DNA from: Eledone cirrhosa
Taxonomy: Eukaryota
NCBI GenBank assembly: GCA_964016885.1
Contig: OZ024742.1
Coordinates: 37,448,001-37,512,000 of the forward strand
DNA length: 64,000 bases
Direction: 5' to 3'
Part shown: positions 24,119 to 37,400 of the stretch, piece after piece
How positions within the stretch are numbered: position 1 is the stretch's first letter
Layout of the letters: the number at the start of each line of letters is the position of its first letter
The notes under the pieces: model-generated
Told to the model about the DNA's origin: nothing
What the model saw: the letters and a program-made list of their open reading frames with translations, nothing else
The model's database searches: none
Translations under genes and position numbers: made by a program

Positions 24119-25465
24119 TTATTTTATCACACCAGAAGTGGGGCTCTGTACTGATTGAAGAGAAAGGCTAATTTCCTCATCTGTTTTTGTTATCCTCTTT
24201 TCAATAATATTAGAGAAGTCATATGCTAGTTTCTCAAAGTTTTTCTTGAGTAGAAATCGCCTAATGATGAGCCCAAATTTCTCTAAACTCCAAATGTTTC
24301 TCCATTTGCACAGGGTCTTAAAAAGGCGATGCCAAGGGCAATTAGGATGTATATCGATTATAGAGATGTCGTTATTTCTAACATCATGAAAGATATCTCC
24401 ACGTGTAGCGCGTTTTTTGTCAACGGCTACAATTAAGTCAATTATATGCTGGTTAGTAATTATATTTGGGATACCATCTTGAATAATACATTTGGCCTCT
24501 GTCTCAAGTTTTCGGTCCACCAGAAAGAAACAACTAAAGATTTCATCATTAAAAATGTTATTTTTTATCCTATCTTCATACTTTACCAATAGATCATGTT
24601 TAACATTTTTATCCATGAGATAGCCTTTTATGGTTGAATATATTTTGATTGTTTTTAACAAAACGCAATCGAAGTCTTGAGGTGGCTCGTTTGGTAACTT
24701 TGGCATAGAATTTAGATCAGGTTTTTCAAAGTCGTCTTCTTCTTCACTGTCCGGATCAACATACGGGTTGTGCGGCTTGGCCTCAGTTTCGATTTTATCC
24801 ACGTAAAAATCTTTTTCGAAATCTAAGAATTCCTTATCATCTTTTTTAAATTTCTTGTTTTTTTCGATGTTGTCGAAGTATTCTTTAATGTCCTTGACAC
24901 AGAGAATGTCGTACTCTTTCCCTTCCAGTTTAGAGTCATAAATCTCTTTGAACAATTTCACACATTCTTTTTGCAGATCATCGTTTAAAACACTTTCTCT
25001 CCATTTCAGAAATATATCCTCATAATTACTAATACGAAGTTTCTTGTCCTTCTTTGCGGTTTCTTTATCTTTAATTGCATTATATCCGATTGGGAGTGAC
25101 GACAGTTTTAAAACTTCGCGCAGTTTTCGATAAAATCTAAAATCAGTAACCCTTTTATTCAGATGAAGATAATTTATAATAAACTTATAAATTGCATCCT
25201 GGTGTAACTTCTCTTTCTTATAATCAATGTGAAACAATCCGATGAAACTATTCACAGCTATTTCAGAAAACCCGAGCGTAAATCCCAGTCTAAAAGCAAC
25301 ATCTTTATCTTCAATCGTTTTTGTCCAATTTTGTAAATCAGAGAACTTGAAAAGTCCCTTGTACTTTCTTTCCTCCGAGGGTGTTCCATATTTATAAAGA
25401 TCCTCCCAAAACTTTTCTCTGTATTCTTCTGCAGATGTTTCTGTTTGCTTGTTAGTTTCCGACAT
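24119..25465 (-). CDS. intronless 448-aa uncharacterised protein, possible N- and C-terminal death-fold domains
   Basis: Long uninterrupted non-repetitive ORF. LGFTLGFSE.AV..F and FKTLCKWRN...L...FEKLA resemble death-domain helices. - strand AATAAA near 23755. The product call is inference. Confidence 0.7.
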   Translation of the reverse strand: MSETNKQTETSAEEYREKFWEDLYKYGTPSEERKYKGLFKFSDLQNWTKTIEDKDVAFRLGFTLGFSEIAVNSFIGLFHIDYKKEKLHQDAIYKFIINYLHLNKRVTDFRFYRKLREVLKLSSLPIGYNAIKDKETAKKDKKLRISNYEDIFLKWRESVLNDDLQKECVKLFKEIYDSKLEGKEYDILCVKDIKEYFDNIEKNKKFKKDDKEFLDFEKDFYVDKIETEAKPHNPYVDPDSEEEDDFEKPDLNSMPKLPNEPPQDFDCVLLKTIKIYSTIKGYLMDKNVKHDLLVKYEDRIKNNIFNDEIFSCFFLVDRKLETEAKCIIQDGIPNIITNQHIIDLIVAVDKKRATRGDIFHDVRNNDISIIDIHPNCPWHRLFKTLCKWRNIWSLEKFGLIIRRFLLKKNFEKLAYDFSNIIEKRITKTDEEISLSLQSVQSPTSGVIK

Positions 25466-26079
25466 ATTGTAATTAAACTGCTCAACCAGGAAGTTAATGT
25501 TGAAGTTGGTGGTGGTGGTGGTGGTAGTGGTGTTAGACCACGCATACCATGAACTTCATTGGTTAAGCTTCGTTTTTAGATCAGACAACTCCCGATAATT
25601 TCCGTGGGTGAAAATGGTAGTTAAAAAAAAAAAAAAGTTATCACCATCGCATTATTAAGAAGCCGAGGTTGACTTTGCCTTTCATCCTTACGGGGTCGAT
25701 AAAATAAAGTACCAGTAATGCACTGGATGATTGCTGGCCTTGTGCCTAAAGTAGAAACAATTATTAAGAAATTTAGTGTTCGATTGCACAGATACAGCTT
25801 CGAAGATGAGGTTGTTTATTAAAATCTTGAAAAAATTCTCCTTCTCACAGATTAAAATTACTACAAGTTGTCAGGAATCTTAAAAAGAAAGATTGTCAAC
25901 TATATTATCTAAAGTGTCCTCCCTCGCCCTTTTTTTTTTCAAAGTTAATTATTTGAGGGAGATTTGGCTACTATTTCTAACAAGTTTCATCTTTATTATC
26001 ATATTTAATTTTTGTCTACGGGAGATAACTCACGAAGATTTAATTTTTTTTTAAATAATTATTTTCAAATGTTCATTAC

Positions 26080-26420
26080 AGCGATTTATGCTTACGAGAC
26101 ATGGAAAAAAATCAACAGATTCTACACAAGTCTTTCACAGACGGTGCCTTATGACCATACTTAGGCCTTCTTGGCGTTACCAAATCACGAATGAAAGGGC
26201 CAGGCTGAGTAATGTACGGGATATCATCAATAATACGGCAGATGCTTGGTCACCTGCTACACATATCCATGAAGAGACCAGTGGAGGCTTCCTTCGAAAG
26301 GAAACCAAACGCGGATTGTTGGAGACATGGCAGACCCGTCATGAACTGGTTGAGGTCTGGAGGAGGACGCTGGCCTGGCCTGGAAGCAAGAGCTGTGTAA
26401 GATTGTGGTATCTTGTCGCT
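26080..26420 (+). mobile_element. RTE LINE 3' fragment
   Basis: QVFHRRCLMTIL.PSW..QITNE; MLGHLL. Confidence 0.65.
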
Positions 26421-27439
26421 CCATAAGGAGCAAAGGGAACTAAAGATTACGTTTCTGCAGTCATCTGACAAGGATGAACGCAGATTAAGGGGATGGGGAT
26501 GACTGGGGTTATGCTAGTTGTCTCAAAATATTATTATCGTTTATTTTTGCCATAATCAATACGCAAAGTCCCCAATGAAAATTTCAGCCGAGGCTCCTTA
26601 CAAGCTTAAAACCCAACTCCAAGGATCAAAAAAGATTATTCGGCGGAATTTTGGAAAAAGTAAAGCCGAAACGTTAAAAATATTTTCTCCGGGTATGATG
26701 TGAACGAGATTCAGCTACTATTTCTAGTATGTCGGAGACTATGTAGAAGCTCCCTTGTTAGTTCATGGGAATAACGGAAGGAAGGGTTGCTATGTGATAT
26801 GAAGGAGATTTGGCCGCTATTTCTAGTATGTCGAGAAACCGTAGTTCGTAGTATAAATATATGAAATTATGATTCTACAAACAATTTTAGAGGGAAAGAC
26901 CAACATTGCCCGATGTAGTGCGTATGTACTGTTTTTTTTTCTTTCCTTTTACCACTGATTAATTTTTATTGATTTATTTCTTTCGTAAATTTAATCGATT
27001 TAAATGTCACTGCAAAACTAGTAAGCCATTGGAAAAAATAGCGGTATAAAATTTCTGAATAGCCTAACACAAAAATATAGAGGTCGTTCTATGCGACCAG
27101 CTGTTGATAAAATATAGTTTTTGTTTGTTAAGCTTATTCAGTGCCGTGTACGTTTTAGACGTTGACAGATTTGCCTAAAAAATGGAGAATTAAAAGTTGA
27201 TAGCTGATCTTTACATTCTTCAAATATTTCCCCACATTTAACTAATTTCTTTTTTTTTTTTTTTTAATGTAAACATTGATGTCAGCGGTTGATGCGCTTA
27301 AAAACTATTGATAATTACATAAATATGAAAAAGAAAGATAAAAACAATTAAGTAATGAGAAAAGAGGGTAGTGGCTGTATGGGAAAGTAGAAGAAAGGAC
27401 TATAAATGCCATAATTGAGAGGGAAAATGCAAGGACCAC

Positions 27440-27697
27440 AGGTCTCGACGGCAGCAGGACAAACCCCGATATGTGTCTTCCTGTCCTGCATTGCGGCCCG
27501 CAGTACCGGGGTTTGTGGCTGAGGCGACTAAGTTGGAGGTGGAGAACGTGTCACAACATGTGGTGTTCAAGACAAGGGATTTACCTCCTTCGAATCGGAA
27601 GAGAGTAATTCCGTCGGGGCGCTTGCCGCCTCCGCGGTCGAGGCCTGCTGAGTCCAGTTGTGATGGAAAGCCAACTGCATCCAGGCTTGTGTTTTTG
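27440..27697 (+). other. GC/CpG-rich structured island (retroelement 5' UTR, ncRNA or promoter)
   Basis: Local CpG enrichment; complementary pairs GCAGGAC/GTCCTGC and AAACCCCG/CGGGGTTT. Confidence 0.4.
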
Positions 27698-28376
27698 CTG
27701 AAAGATTTGACACGTGATAGATTTGAAATGTACTTTATCTTTATTATTTCCTTTTATTCTCCCTCATTTGCTATTTCAGCTGCGTTCTTGTTTCTTCCAT
27801 CTATATCTTTTATCCAAATCATTGTTACTGTTTTATGATTTTCTAACAGATAATTACCTATTTTAACAGTACATTCAATTTTTCACCCGACCTCTTTTTC
27901 TTGATAGAAATAGTTCTAGGTTCGATAAACTATCAGTAAATAAACATTTCTTTAGCCGAATCTATAAATATCATTCCCTACCACCCTGTCAAATATTTTA
28001 AAATCCTGGTGTAATCTAAGATTCATATTTCTATTACTGTTTTGAAAAGATCTAGTAACTCAACGCTATACTCTATTGGTAGAATATAACCCATCTGCAT
28101 AACTGACTCGTTTTTATTATTCACAGTTGTATAAATATCATTATAAATTTTTACAGAATGAAAATATAAACACATAAAAAAATACAGTTGCGCTGCAACT
28201 TATTTCCACTTCCTTCCATACTCCTCGCCAGTAATAATTACTGCTACTTTTGGCCGCTTTTTGTCTACACCTATGACTATCTTGTACTCAGTGGGTGGTG
28301 CAGATTCCAATACATATTTGAAACTAAATAATTAAAATCAATTGACAACCAAATAGGTACTTCAAATAATTTTTTT

Positions 28377-28438
28377 AATGTCTACACGCGTTTCAACTTC
28401 AATATTAGCATATAATACTAAAGCATCGTCAGGGCATT
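28377..28438 (-). ncRNA. type I hammerhead ribozyme (Penelope-type)
   Basis: - strand reads AAUGCC-CUGACGA-U-[12-bp stem II]-U-GAAA-CGCGU-GUA-GACAUU. An inverted, interrupted copy lies at 28477-28714. Confidence 0.72.
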
Positions 28439-31419
28439 AATTCAGAATTTAGATGAGAGTCCAAATGTTGAATTGGATGCCCTGACGATGCTTTGGTAGT
28501 AAATGCTAATATTGAAGTACATATTTTATTCATAGTTGTATAAATAACATTACAAATCGTTTGCAATTCTTTCAGAATGAAAATATAAACAGAGCATATA
28601 AGTAAATTTACAGTAGAATAACATAACAAATATGTTTTAAATATATACATAAATAACATTACAAATGCTTCGATAACATTATAAATAGCTCGCGATGAAA
28701 CGTGTGTAGATATTTAAAAAATGACTTGGTGTATTTCCCTAAGTGGAGATTCTCCGTATTTGGTAAGAAACTGGTATTATACCCAATTTATTCATCTCAT
28801 ATGTGTGTGTGTAATCATGTCTATCTTCCATGCTTGATGGGTTAGTTGGCAAACACGATCTATGTGTTATTCATGGTGTTTCCTTCAAATATCTTAATGA
28901 GTTCACTCTAATGGGAGGAATTCATTCATTTTTCGCATCATTGAGTGTATGTGGACTGCCTTAAATAATTCGACTGGTGTTGCCTTATTGCAACCACAGC
29001 TTCGATGTAAAACTTGAAATAACACACACACACACGTATAATATTTAATAAGTCTCGGCCAGTATTAGCCCACACCGTCTAACTTAATAGCACCACATGT
29101 CAATAATTCATGTATATATATATATATGGTGGCTGCCAACTCGTTTTCGAGTACGGCCACTACTTTATATCCATGTAGGAGAACCCCTACCGATGCGCTG
29201 AACGAATGTGACTTTTTAGTCCAGCCAGCGACTTGAAAACTCTGGCACAAAGACTACACTTGTGACAATTATTGACACATAGTGTTTTACCTTTGGTACC
29301 ATGTGATGACAAGTGCAGAGAGATCTCCAGATATAAAGCAATGCCTGTGCTGTGAAGCTTTTATAGTGAGCAAAGGCACTGCACAAAGCCAGTCCCACTC
29401 TCTTAACCAAGATGATATTTACCAAAAAGAAGAACAAGTCAACATCATTGGATACCATCAGGGTTGCAGGTGTTATATCAGAGTTTTCCTTCTCCTAGAA
29501 TTCTGCCTTGACAAAGGCTAAGGGGTCATCTCTCCCGGTGATTTTGGATGGCTATTGAGTCTTAAGAGCTCCCTTGCCCTTTGACAGGTTTTGTTTTTAG
29601 TCCTGCAGGATGTCCAAAGTCACCCTCCTCACCAAGAAACCTTGGTGGGGTTGCCAGTTTAGTCGCCAACGACCCGACCATGAGACAGGTTGTACTGGGA
29701 TACATGTTACCAGTAGCACCAACTGGTGACCTGACATAATATATATATATACACACGCTATACCCTAACGATATCTAATTGTCTAGCTCGTTATATTTGT
29801 TTTTGTATATAATATATATATACACATTTTTGTTTGTATATATTTTTATCTCTTTTGTGTGACATATATGTGGTTTATTAATTTTTATTTTAAAAATTAA
29901 CAAAAAGAATGCTTACAGAACGAAAGCACAAACAAATATAATATAAGAGAAAGGGAAAACAGGGAGGAAAAGTGGCCGTTCTGAGACACGAGTTGGCTTC
30001 CATATATATATATATATATAGAATAGAAAACGAAAAATCAGTGATGCATCTGAACTCAATTTATTGTGTGTTACAATCGTTTCCCCAGCGGTAAGCTCGA
30101 GACGCGATCATTGTGTGGATCTGTGATTCTGGACCCGCAGGTTCGACGGACACGTCTAATGATTTCGGAGCATATTCTCTCACTATATATATATAGGAAC
30201 AAGTAAGACCTCGACGGCTGAGCTCAAGCCGTTTCGACGGCTAATTCTGTTCCTATTACCCACTCTACTACCCTAAGTATTGAGTACTTTGGTGCGTTAT
30301 GGTCCACCTGGTTCCTTACCACATTTCCTTCGTTATATATATATATGTGTGTGTGTGTGTCTAGTAACAATAAAGAAGAGTAAAAGCAATGGGGGGGGGG
30401 GGGGTAATTTTACGAAAGTAAGGCTGATATTTTGTTAAATTAAGCCTGCATTAAGACATCAATTAATTATATTTTCTTCTGTTCTATCAACGAAGTTGTG
30501 CAGGTGAGAATATTACGTCTTCAGCTTTATATTATTCTATGAAATAGAGTAAAAACACCGTTTGTCAATTAATTATAATGGATTGATTTCTGAGGCTTAG
30601 AAACAAATTGGAAATGCAGTTGTCCCAGATGCTATAATAACAGTCCATCACTATTATTAATAGTTAAAAATATCGAGTAAAGTACAAGTCTGTAGACGTA
30701 TTTTACTCTGATTTTTTTACACTGTTTATAGTGATCGACTATTATAGTCATCTGCATCTGGGGCGACTACATTTTAAATAATAATGTTTTCAGTTCAATC
30801 GTCACTGTTGTACGTCGTTCCAATAATCTAGAATCTTGTAAGAGAACAAACACTACAAAATAAGTTTAGCTTGCAAAACATCAGCTGTATCATTGACATT
30901 AGATTTCGTCTGTTGATACTTCCTTACTTAACCTTTGTTGTAAGTTTTCCCTGAAAAGACAACTAGCGTCTGACACATTATATATATATGTGTGTGTGTG
31001 TGTGTGCGGTCAACTTTGCTGTCTATCTTTTCGATAAATAACAGTATTACTAGGGTCGTTTCTTCTCTTTCTCTCAAATCGGCTGTATCCAGACATGGAG
31101 AAAGAATGGGTCTCTGTCGGGTTTTAAAATGCCAAAGAAACACTGACAATGATACCCCTACGACTTCATCAGGAGTTATGTCTATACATCATATCACAGT
31201 TTAGCGTCTATTTTCCATGTCTGATTGGGTTAAATGGGCTGTCACCTTATGAGATTAACCAGGTTAGTCAGTTGACTGTCTTGCTCATACAGATCTGGTT
31301 TTTTTTTTGGGGGGGGGGGGGCTTGGTGTCTTTTCATCATCATACCAGTATAACCACCTATAAGGGTGGACACATATACATATATATGTACTCGGTTACA
31401 TTATCTGGTGGGCTCTTCG

Positions 31420-31800
31420 GAAACTAGATGAGTGGCTTATGAGGGTGGTACAAGCCACGTACAGAGGAGCAGTCAGCAAGGTTAGAATGAATAATGATTA
31501 TAGTGAAGACTTTAGTAGGGGTCCATCAGGGCTCTGTTCTCTCATGTTTATTATTGTCCTGCAGGCTATAACAGCAGAGTTTAAGACTGGTTGCCCATGG
31601 GAACTATATGCCAATCATTTAACCCTTATAGCCGAATCTATAGCTGAATTAGAGAGGACATTTCAAACCTGGAAGCATGGCCTAGAATCAAAACTTCTTA
31701 AAGTCAACTTGGCAAAGACTAAAGTCCTATTAAGTAGAATGGAAAACTAGGCTCCAACCCCTCAGGGAAATGGCCTTGCTCAATATGCAGGAAAGAATTG
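31420..31800 (+). mobile_element. RTE LINE RT fragment
   Basis: VVQATYRGAVSKVR...CPWELYA(N/D)...LKVNLAKTKV. Confidence 0.8.
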
Positions 31801-33153
31801 GGTTGAAATAATATCAAAATCTCATAGATTCCATATGTGAGATAATTATGTTAGATGAAAATATAATAGTAGATATAGAGTAATGCTAAAGAGTTAAGAG
31901 GAAGTTTTTTTTATGATTTACAAATGAGACAAATCAATAAAAATTAATGAGAGGAAAAATAAAGTGAGAGAAGACATGCACACGCAATTACACACTACAA
32001 CAGGCAATGGTTGTTTTAGAATGTCTATATTTATCTAAAAACCTTCCATGATATTTTATGTAAGAACCTTTAAGTTATGTTCCAAGCACCTTAATAATAA
32101 TGAGAAAGTTGTGTTACTAAATCCTCCCAAATTCTTGATTATCTGAAAATTATTTAAAAATCATAGACTGTATTTCATCAGGAATATAATAACAAAAAAG
32201 TTAAATCTCATACTGTCTCCTATTTTAGGCTATTATCTGGTGACACAGAGGCAGGAATTTCTCAGCAAAAGTTCAACTACAAATCCATCAGTTTGTGACC
32301 TTAAAGGAACATGAAAGACATTTGTAACACTGTTTATAAAACCGTCATTGAGTTGCTGTCAATCTGCAATTGCAAGGATTTCGTACATTCATAACATTGA
32401 TATTTTTGATGATCTTGATGTTGCAGTGCCTAGTAGTTTAGTAGTTAGGATGTTGGACTTACAATCATAAGGTCATGGGTTCAATTCCTGGACTGGATGG
32501 CGTGTTGTGTTCTTGTCATAATAGGTCTGGGGACCCTGTATCATTAAAACAACTAAGAAACCTATGAAATGCAGCTTCATAGGAGGTCAGCTATACCAGC
32601 ATAAATCTGAGCTGTAACAAGACTGTATATATACACACACATATTTTAGGACTGGGGTCTCCAGCATTAAAACACACAAGAAAACTATGATATACAATCA
32701 CGTAAGAGCCAAACCTGCATAGGTGTGGGCTATAAATTTTATTTTTGATGATTACAGGGGTAGAGATGAAATTGACATAACCTGAATTATCCACACTCTC
32801 CTGTATAATTCTTTTACTAGTTTCACTCATTAGACTGACGCCAATCCTATCGACCCTAGTACATATTTTTCTCAAGTCTGGTACTTAGTTTATCAATCTC
32901 ATTTTTGTTGAACGTTAAGTCATAGGACATAAATACACACACACACATATTTATATATATATATATATATATACGGCAGGTTTGGTCTACCCAAGACTAA
33001 AGTGGCACGCAGTGAAAGTGAACCTGAAACCATGTGGTTGCAAAGTACACTCCTTAACCTCACAGCCATGCCTGCTGTAAAATACGATCTACTGTTAGCT
33101 TTTAGTAAGAATTATTAGTCCTTATTTTGGTATACTTTTAAATAGTGGAAGTG

Positions 33154-34287
33154 ATGGAAGTTGATGATGAAACACAGTCTGAAATTAGTGATTTAACTCC
33201 TCAGACTCGAGTAGATAAAAAGAGAAAATCCTATCCATGTGATATCTGTGGCAAGACATTCTCACAGAGTAGTAATGTAATTCAGCATAAGTTAATTCAT
33301 TCTGGTACAAAACCTTATGCTTGTGGGGTTTGTGGTAAAAAGTTCACTGCGAATAGTTCTCTTTCTTGTCATAAACGGATCCATACTGGAGAAAGGCCGT
33401 ACAACTGCAATATCTGTGATAAAGCATTCACAATCAAAAGCAATTTGACCAGCCATGAGCGTATACATACTGGGGAGAAGCCATTTCATTGTGAAGTATG
33501 TGGCAAAACATTAGCTCGCAGTACAGAGTTAGCTCATCATATTCGGACTCATACTGGGGAAAAACCATACCAGTGCAATGTCTGTGACAAAGCATTCTCT
33601 AAAAAGGATTCTTTAGTACGTCACCAACGTATTCATACAGGAGAGAAACCATACAGCTGTGATATTTGTGGGAGAACCTTTTCTCTGAAAGGTTCCTTAT
33701 CCACACATCTGCGAACACATGAAGATAAACTATCATATGAATGTAGTATATGTGGCAAAATACTATATCGAAAATATGATTTGGTGAGGCATAACTGTGC
33801 TCGCACTCTACAGAAACAATTTGTATGCAATGTTTGTGGTGAAGAGTTTCATCAGAGATGCCATTTATTTAGACACAAGCAAACTCATATTGGAGATAAA
33901 CCATATCTTTGTGACATTTGTGACAAACCATTCTCACAGAAAAATCAATTACATGTCCATAAGCGTACACACACAGGAGAGAAACCTTATAACTGTGATA
34001 TCTGTGGTTATATGTTCTCTCAGAAAGGTCATTTGTCTCGTCACATGCGTGTACACACTGGTGATAAATTATACCTGTGTGACATCTGTGGTAAAAGTTT
34101 TTCTCGGTGTAATAATTTGTCTTCTCATGTGCGTACACACACAGGTGAAAAACCATTTGAATGTGATGTCTGTGGTGAAGCCTTCACTGTAAATAGTCAA
34201 TTATCTATTCACAAAGGTATGCACAGAAAAAGTGAGACATATTTCACAGTGAATATTGTCAGTAAAACATTCAAACCTGGCTGTTAA
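33154..34287 (+). CDS. C2H2 zinc-finger protein, 12 fingers (11 canonical, 1 atypical)
   Basis: Tandem CxxC...HxxxH with HTGEKPY linkers. Splice acceptor ttttaaatAG at 33145, first in-frame ATG at 33154. An upstream exon is possible. Confidence 0.93.
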   Translation: MEVDDETQSEISDLTPQTRVDKKRKSYPCDICGKTFSQSSNVIQHKLIHSGTKPYACGVCGKKFTANSSLSCHKRIHTGERPYNCNICDKAFTIKSNLTSHERIHTGEKPFHCEVCGKTLARSTELAHHIRTHTGEKPYQCNVCDKAFSKKDSLVRHQRIHTGEKPYSCDICGRTFSLKGSLSTHLRTHEDKLSYECSICGKILYRKYDLVRHNCARTLQKQFVCNVCGEEFHQRCHLFRHKQTHIGDKPYLCDICDKPFSQKNQLHVHKRTHTGEKPYNCDICGYMFSQKGHLSRHMRVHTGDKLYLCDICGKSFSRCNNLSSHVRTHTGEKPFECDVCGEAFTVNSQLSIHKGMHRKSETYFTVNIVSKTFKPGC

Positions 34288-34999
34288 GTTTAATGCAAAA
34301 TGTTCCTGGGAAAATTTCACTGTTTTGATACCAAATTGCACCTGGTTCTATGATATAAAACTGCTCATTTTAAAGTGTTTGTTAAAATCATCCCCATCAT
34401 CATTTTACATCTTTCCGTGCTGGCATGGATTGTAGGTTTTTGTCACAGTCTGAGACTAAATGGGTTTGAAAGACCTCATCTTACTCATACATTCCATATT
34501 TGTCAAGGTTTCTATAGCTCGATGCTGTTCCTAATGCCAACCACCTTACTGAGTGTACTGGGTATACTTTATCAGAGCACCAGCACTAATACTATACAGA
34601 CTATATTAGGAGCATTTTATCATGGCACTAGCACTACTACTTTTTTTAAGTATAAACTTTTTGTTAAATAATGTTCTAAATTCCAGCTTCATAATGAAAT
34701 TTTCTATCATTTTCAAATTTAATTAAAGCACATTGACAGATAATTTCATTAGAAATCTAACAAAAAGATTTAAAAAATTCTTAATATAAGACTAAGAATT
34801 ATTAACATCAATCAGCATGCCTGGTTATAGAAATGAGCAAAACTATGTTAAATGTTTGCATATGATGACCTATTTATTTTCCTGGATGCAGATGGTTAGT
34901 GCTGTTGACATGGTCAGTTTTGCCTGACATGCTTTCAGTTGTCCAGAGAAGTTTCTAGAACGTCCCGCTCTTTCATGTTAATGGGCAAAAGGAATAGTA

Positions 35000-37400
35000 T
35001 TTTAGTTGCATGCTGCAACTGTATGAGGTTAGCGGATGGAACGAAGGTGCAAAATCCTTGCAAACCTGCTCAAACACTTCCAAATGTCTGATAAGTACCG
35101 ACTGGATGTGCTAATGTAGACCTGGCCAAACCACATCAGGTCATTGAGACTGTGTCTAGATAGAGTAGAGTATTCTGTAGGGAAGTTGATATGGTTAGCA
35201 TAGGTTGTCTACAATTTAAAATAGTCATCTATACAGACTGACTTCAGAGACAGGGTCTTGGTTACTAGAAGCTGAATGTATCATTCTTGGTATGCAGAGC
35301 TTACAGAGACCAGATTAGTTAGTTATGCGGGCATTAGGGGCAATTATTAACAACAAATGGTGGTTCACTCTAAGAAAGGCAATTTGAGTTGAATTGATGA
35401 AATTTAATAAAGGAGTAAAGATAGAGAAAACTTGATTAGAGGGAGAGCTAGTAGAAGCATTAAGGAAAGGCATGTACTGACAGCAAGATTGGTCCTTCAG
35501 TAAATCTTCATGAAATACGAAGGCTGTGTTGTCAGACTTAGTGCACATACTCTGACATTAATGGATGAGAGCCATGGAATGAACACAAGTGGCAAAGGTG
35601 CAATGAAATAGCACCCATAATTCAGTCTTTGGCTCACCAACATAGCTATGTACTATTCGGTTTTGAGCAAATGTCTGTAGCAGTCTTTCAGCGGCACTTC
35701 ACTTAGTTGTTTGGGATAAGTGGCAGGCTTAATTGCACGATAGATTTCAGTGCTGCGAAAGACTGCTAACAACCTATGAAATACAGGAGGTGGTAACTGG
35801 TTATACGAGGGATAAATTACTGGGTTTGGATGGTCTGCACTATGAACTTTACATTTACATGCCAAGCTTGTTTGGCAATATTTTAGTGGATGTTTACTCC
35901 AACTGACAGTAGAACAGGAGAAATCCCAGTTCTGTGAACCAAGGGGTAATGGTACTGTTGAGAAAGGACTTGAACAAGGGAGATCACAGTCAACTTCAGG
36001 CCTATAACTCTGTTAAATGCAGAGTTCAACATTTTTCTCAAGATGTAAGCAAAAAGGTTGACACTTGTCATCAAGAGTCTGGTTGGGAAGGCGCAGCCAT
36101 CCCAAACAGACCCAACCATAAACTTTACCCCTTCATGCAGTACCTCATAGGGAGGGTAAGTAAGGAATATGGTGACAGTGGGACCCTGATCAACTTAGAT
36201 CAATTGAAAGCTTTTTAATAGAGTCAACCATTGCTATCACAGCTGGCCTTGGCCGTCTTCAAGTGACATCTACTCAGTGGTCAGTCAATAGCCACCTATC
36301 AGAGCTGTTCAGTATCCTGTTCTTACATCAGGGATTCCTCCTCTTGTCTTGTACATATTGACTCTTTAGTCATTACTGCCAAAGTTAAAGGGGTATACTG
36401 TGCAAACTAGGATATGGGAATCAGTGTCAGCATATGCTGACAATGTCACCATATGGTGGTGTTCAGTACCAAGCACATTGAGGTGATTAGCACTGCTCTA
36501 AGGGGATACGAGGTGATGATGGAAGCAAAAGTCAGTGGGCATGCAGCTTGGCACCTAGAGCAACAGGTCCATGCCATCCAACAGCATTCTTGGGTGTTGG
36601 TTAAGTTGCTGAGGGTCTGATTTGGTCCAGGTGGACAAAAATTAGGATAAAGTAATGAACAGAGTGGCGATTTTCACCCAGAAATTAGCTGAGAGGAAAC
36701 TATCTCTGAAAGGCTGGTCAGAAGTTGTGAATGTCTATATCATTCTTGTCATCTACTACTCACTTGTCTCAGTCAACATTGAAGCACCTACTCTTTGGCT
36801 TCTTGTGGAAAGTCATCACCCATTGCATGGAGGAGTGGGTTTGCCATGGCTGAAGCTGTGGCATCTTCAGCATTTCCTTGAGTCAAACAAAGATTGAGCG
36901 TGAGTGCTTGGCAACTGGAATGTTAAGTGTTCAGTTCTCTACTAGTTGGGCACTGCAATCAGTGGAAAATCCACATGGGTGTTTTATAGAAGATTAGGGA
37001 TGAAGAAAAGTGACATCATTCTTGGAGAGGCTCTAGATGTTGAAGATGATCAAGTAGCTGCCCTCTTCCAGAAACCCCTAATCTGGCAGTGCTGGTTTGA
37101 GATATGTTCTACAGGCAAGGAAGCGATGTCAGCCAAGCTTGTCCAAAATGCATGCAAAGTGATAAAACCATCTTACATGTACTCATCACATGCCTGAGCA
37201 TTGCTGACTTGTGGAGCTCTGTCAAACAGTTATTATCACTTGTAGAACAGATTTGGCCATCATAAAGATAGCTTCACCATCTTCCTTTAGTTTGGAAGAA
37301 CAGGCAATTTTCATCTGCCATTGCGAAAAAGGTTGTGTGGTGGACATTTTTGAAAAGGTTGAGATTGTAGCTTTTTGTGGGCTTTCTCTACAAGTGACCT
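35000..37400 (+). mobile_element. degenerate Tx1/L1-clade LINE
   Basis: GLDGLHYE, QGVMVLLRK, INLDQLKAF, SAYADNVT RT motifs, with many stops and frameshifts. Confidence 0.7.

Noticed and set aside
27430-27697. 7SK, RNase P/MRP or telomerase RNA
   Set aside because: No 5' GGAUG/GAUC motifs, no P4 conserved regions and no telomeric template.
31110-31180. Minus-strand CTGATGA hammerhead
   Set aside because: GAAA replaced by GAGA and no convincing stem I or III.
33292-34192. Alternative-frame and antisense ORFs over the ZNF
   Set aside because: Shadow ORFs of a repetitive coding exon.
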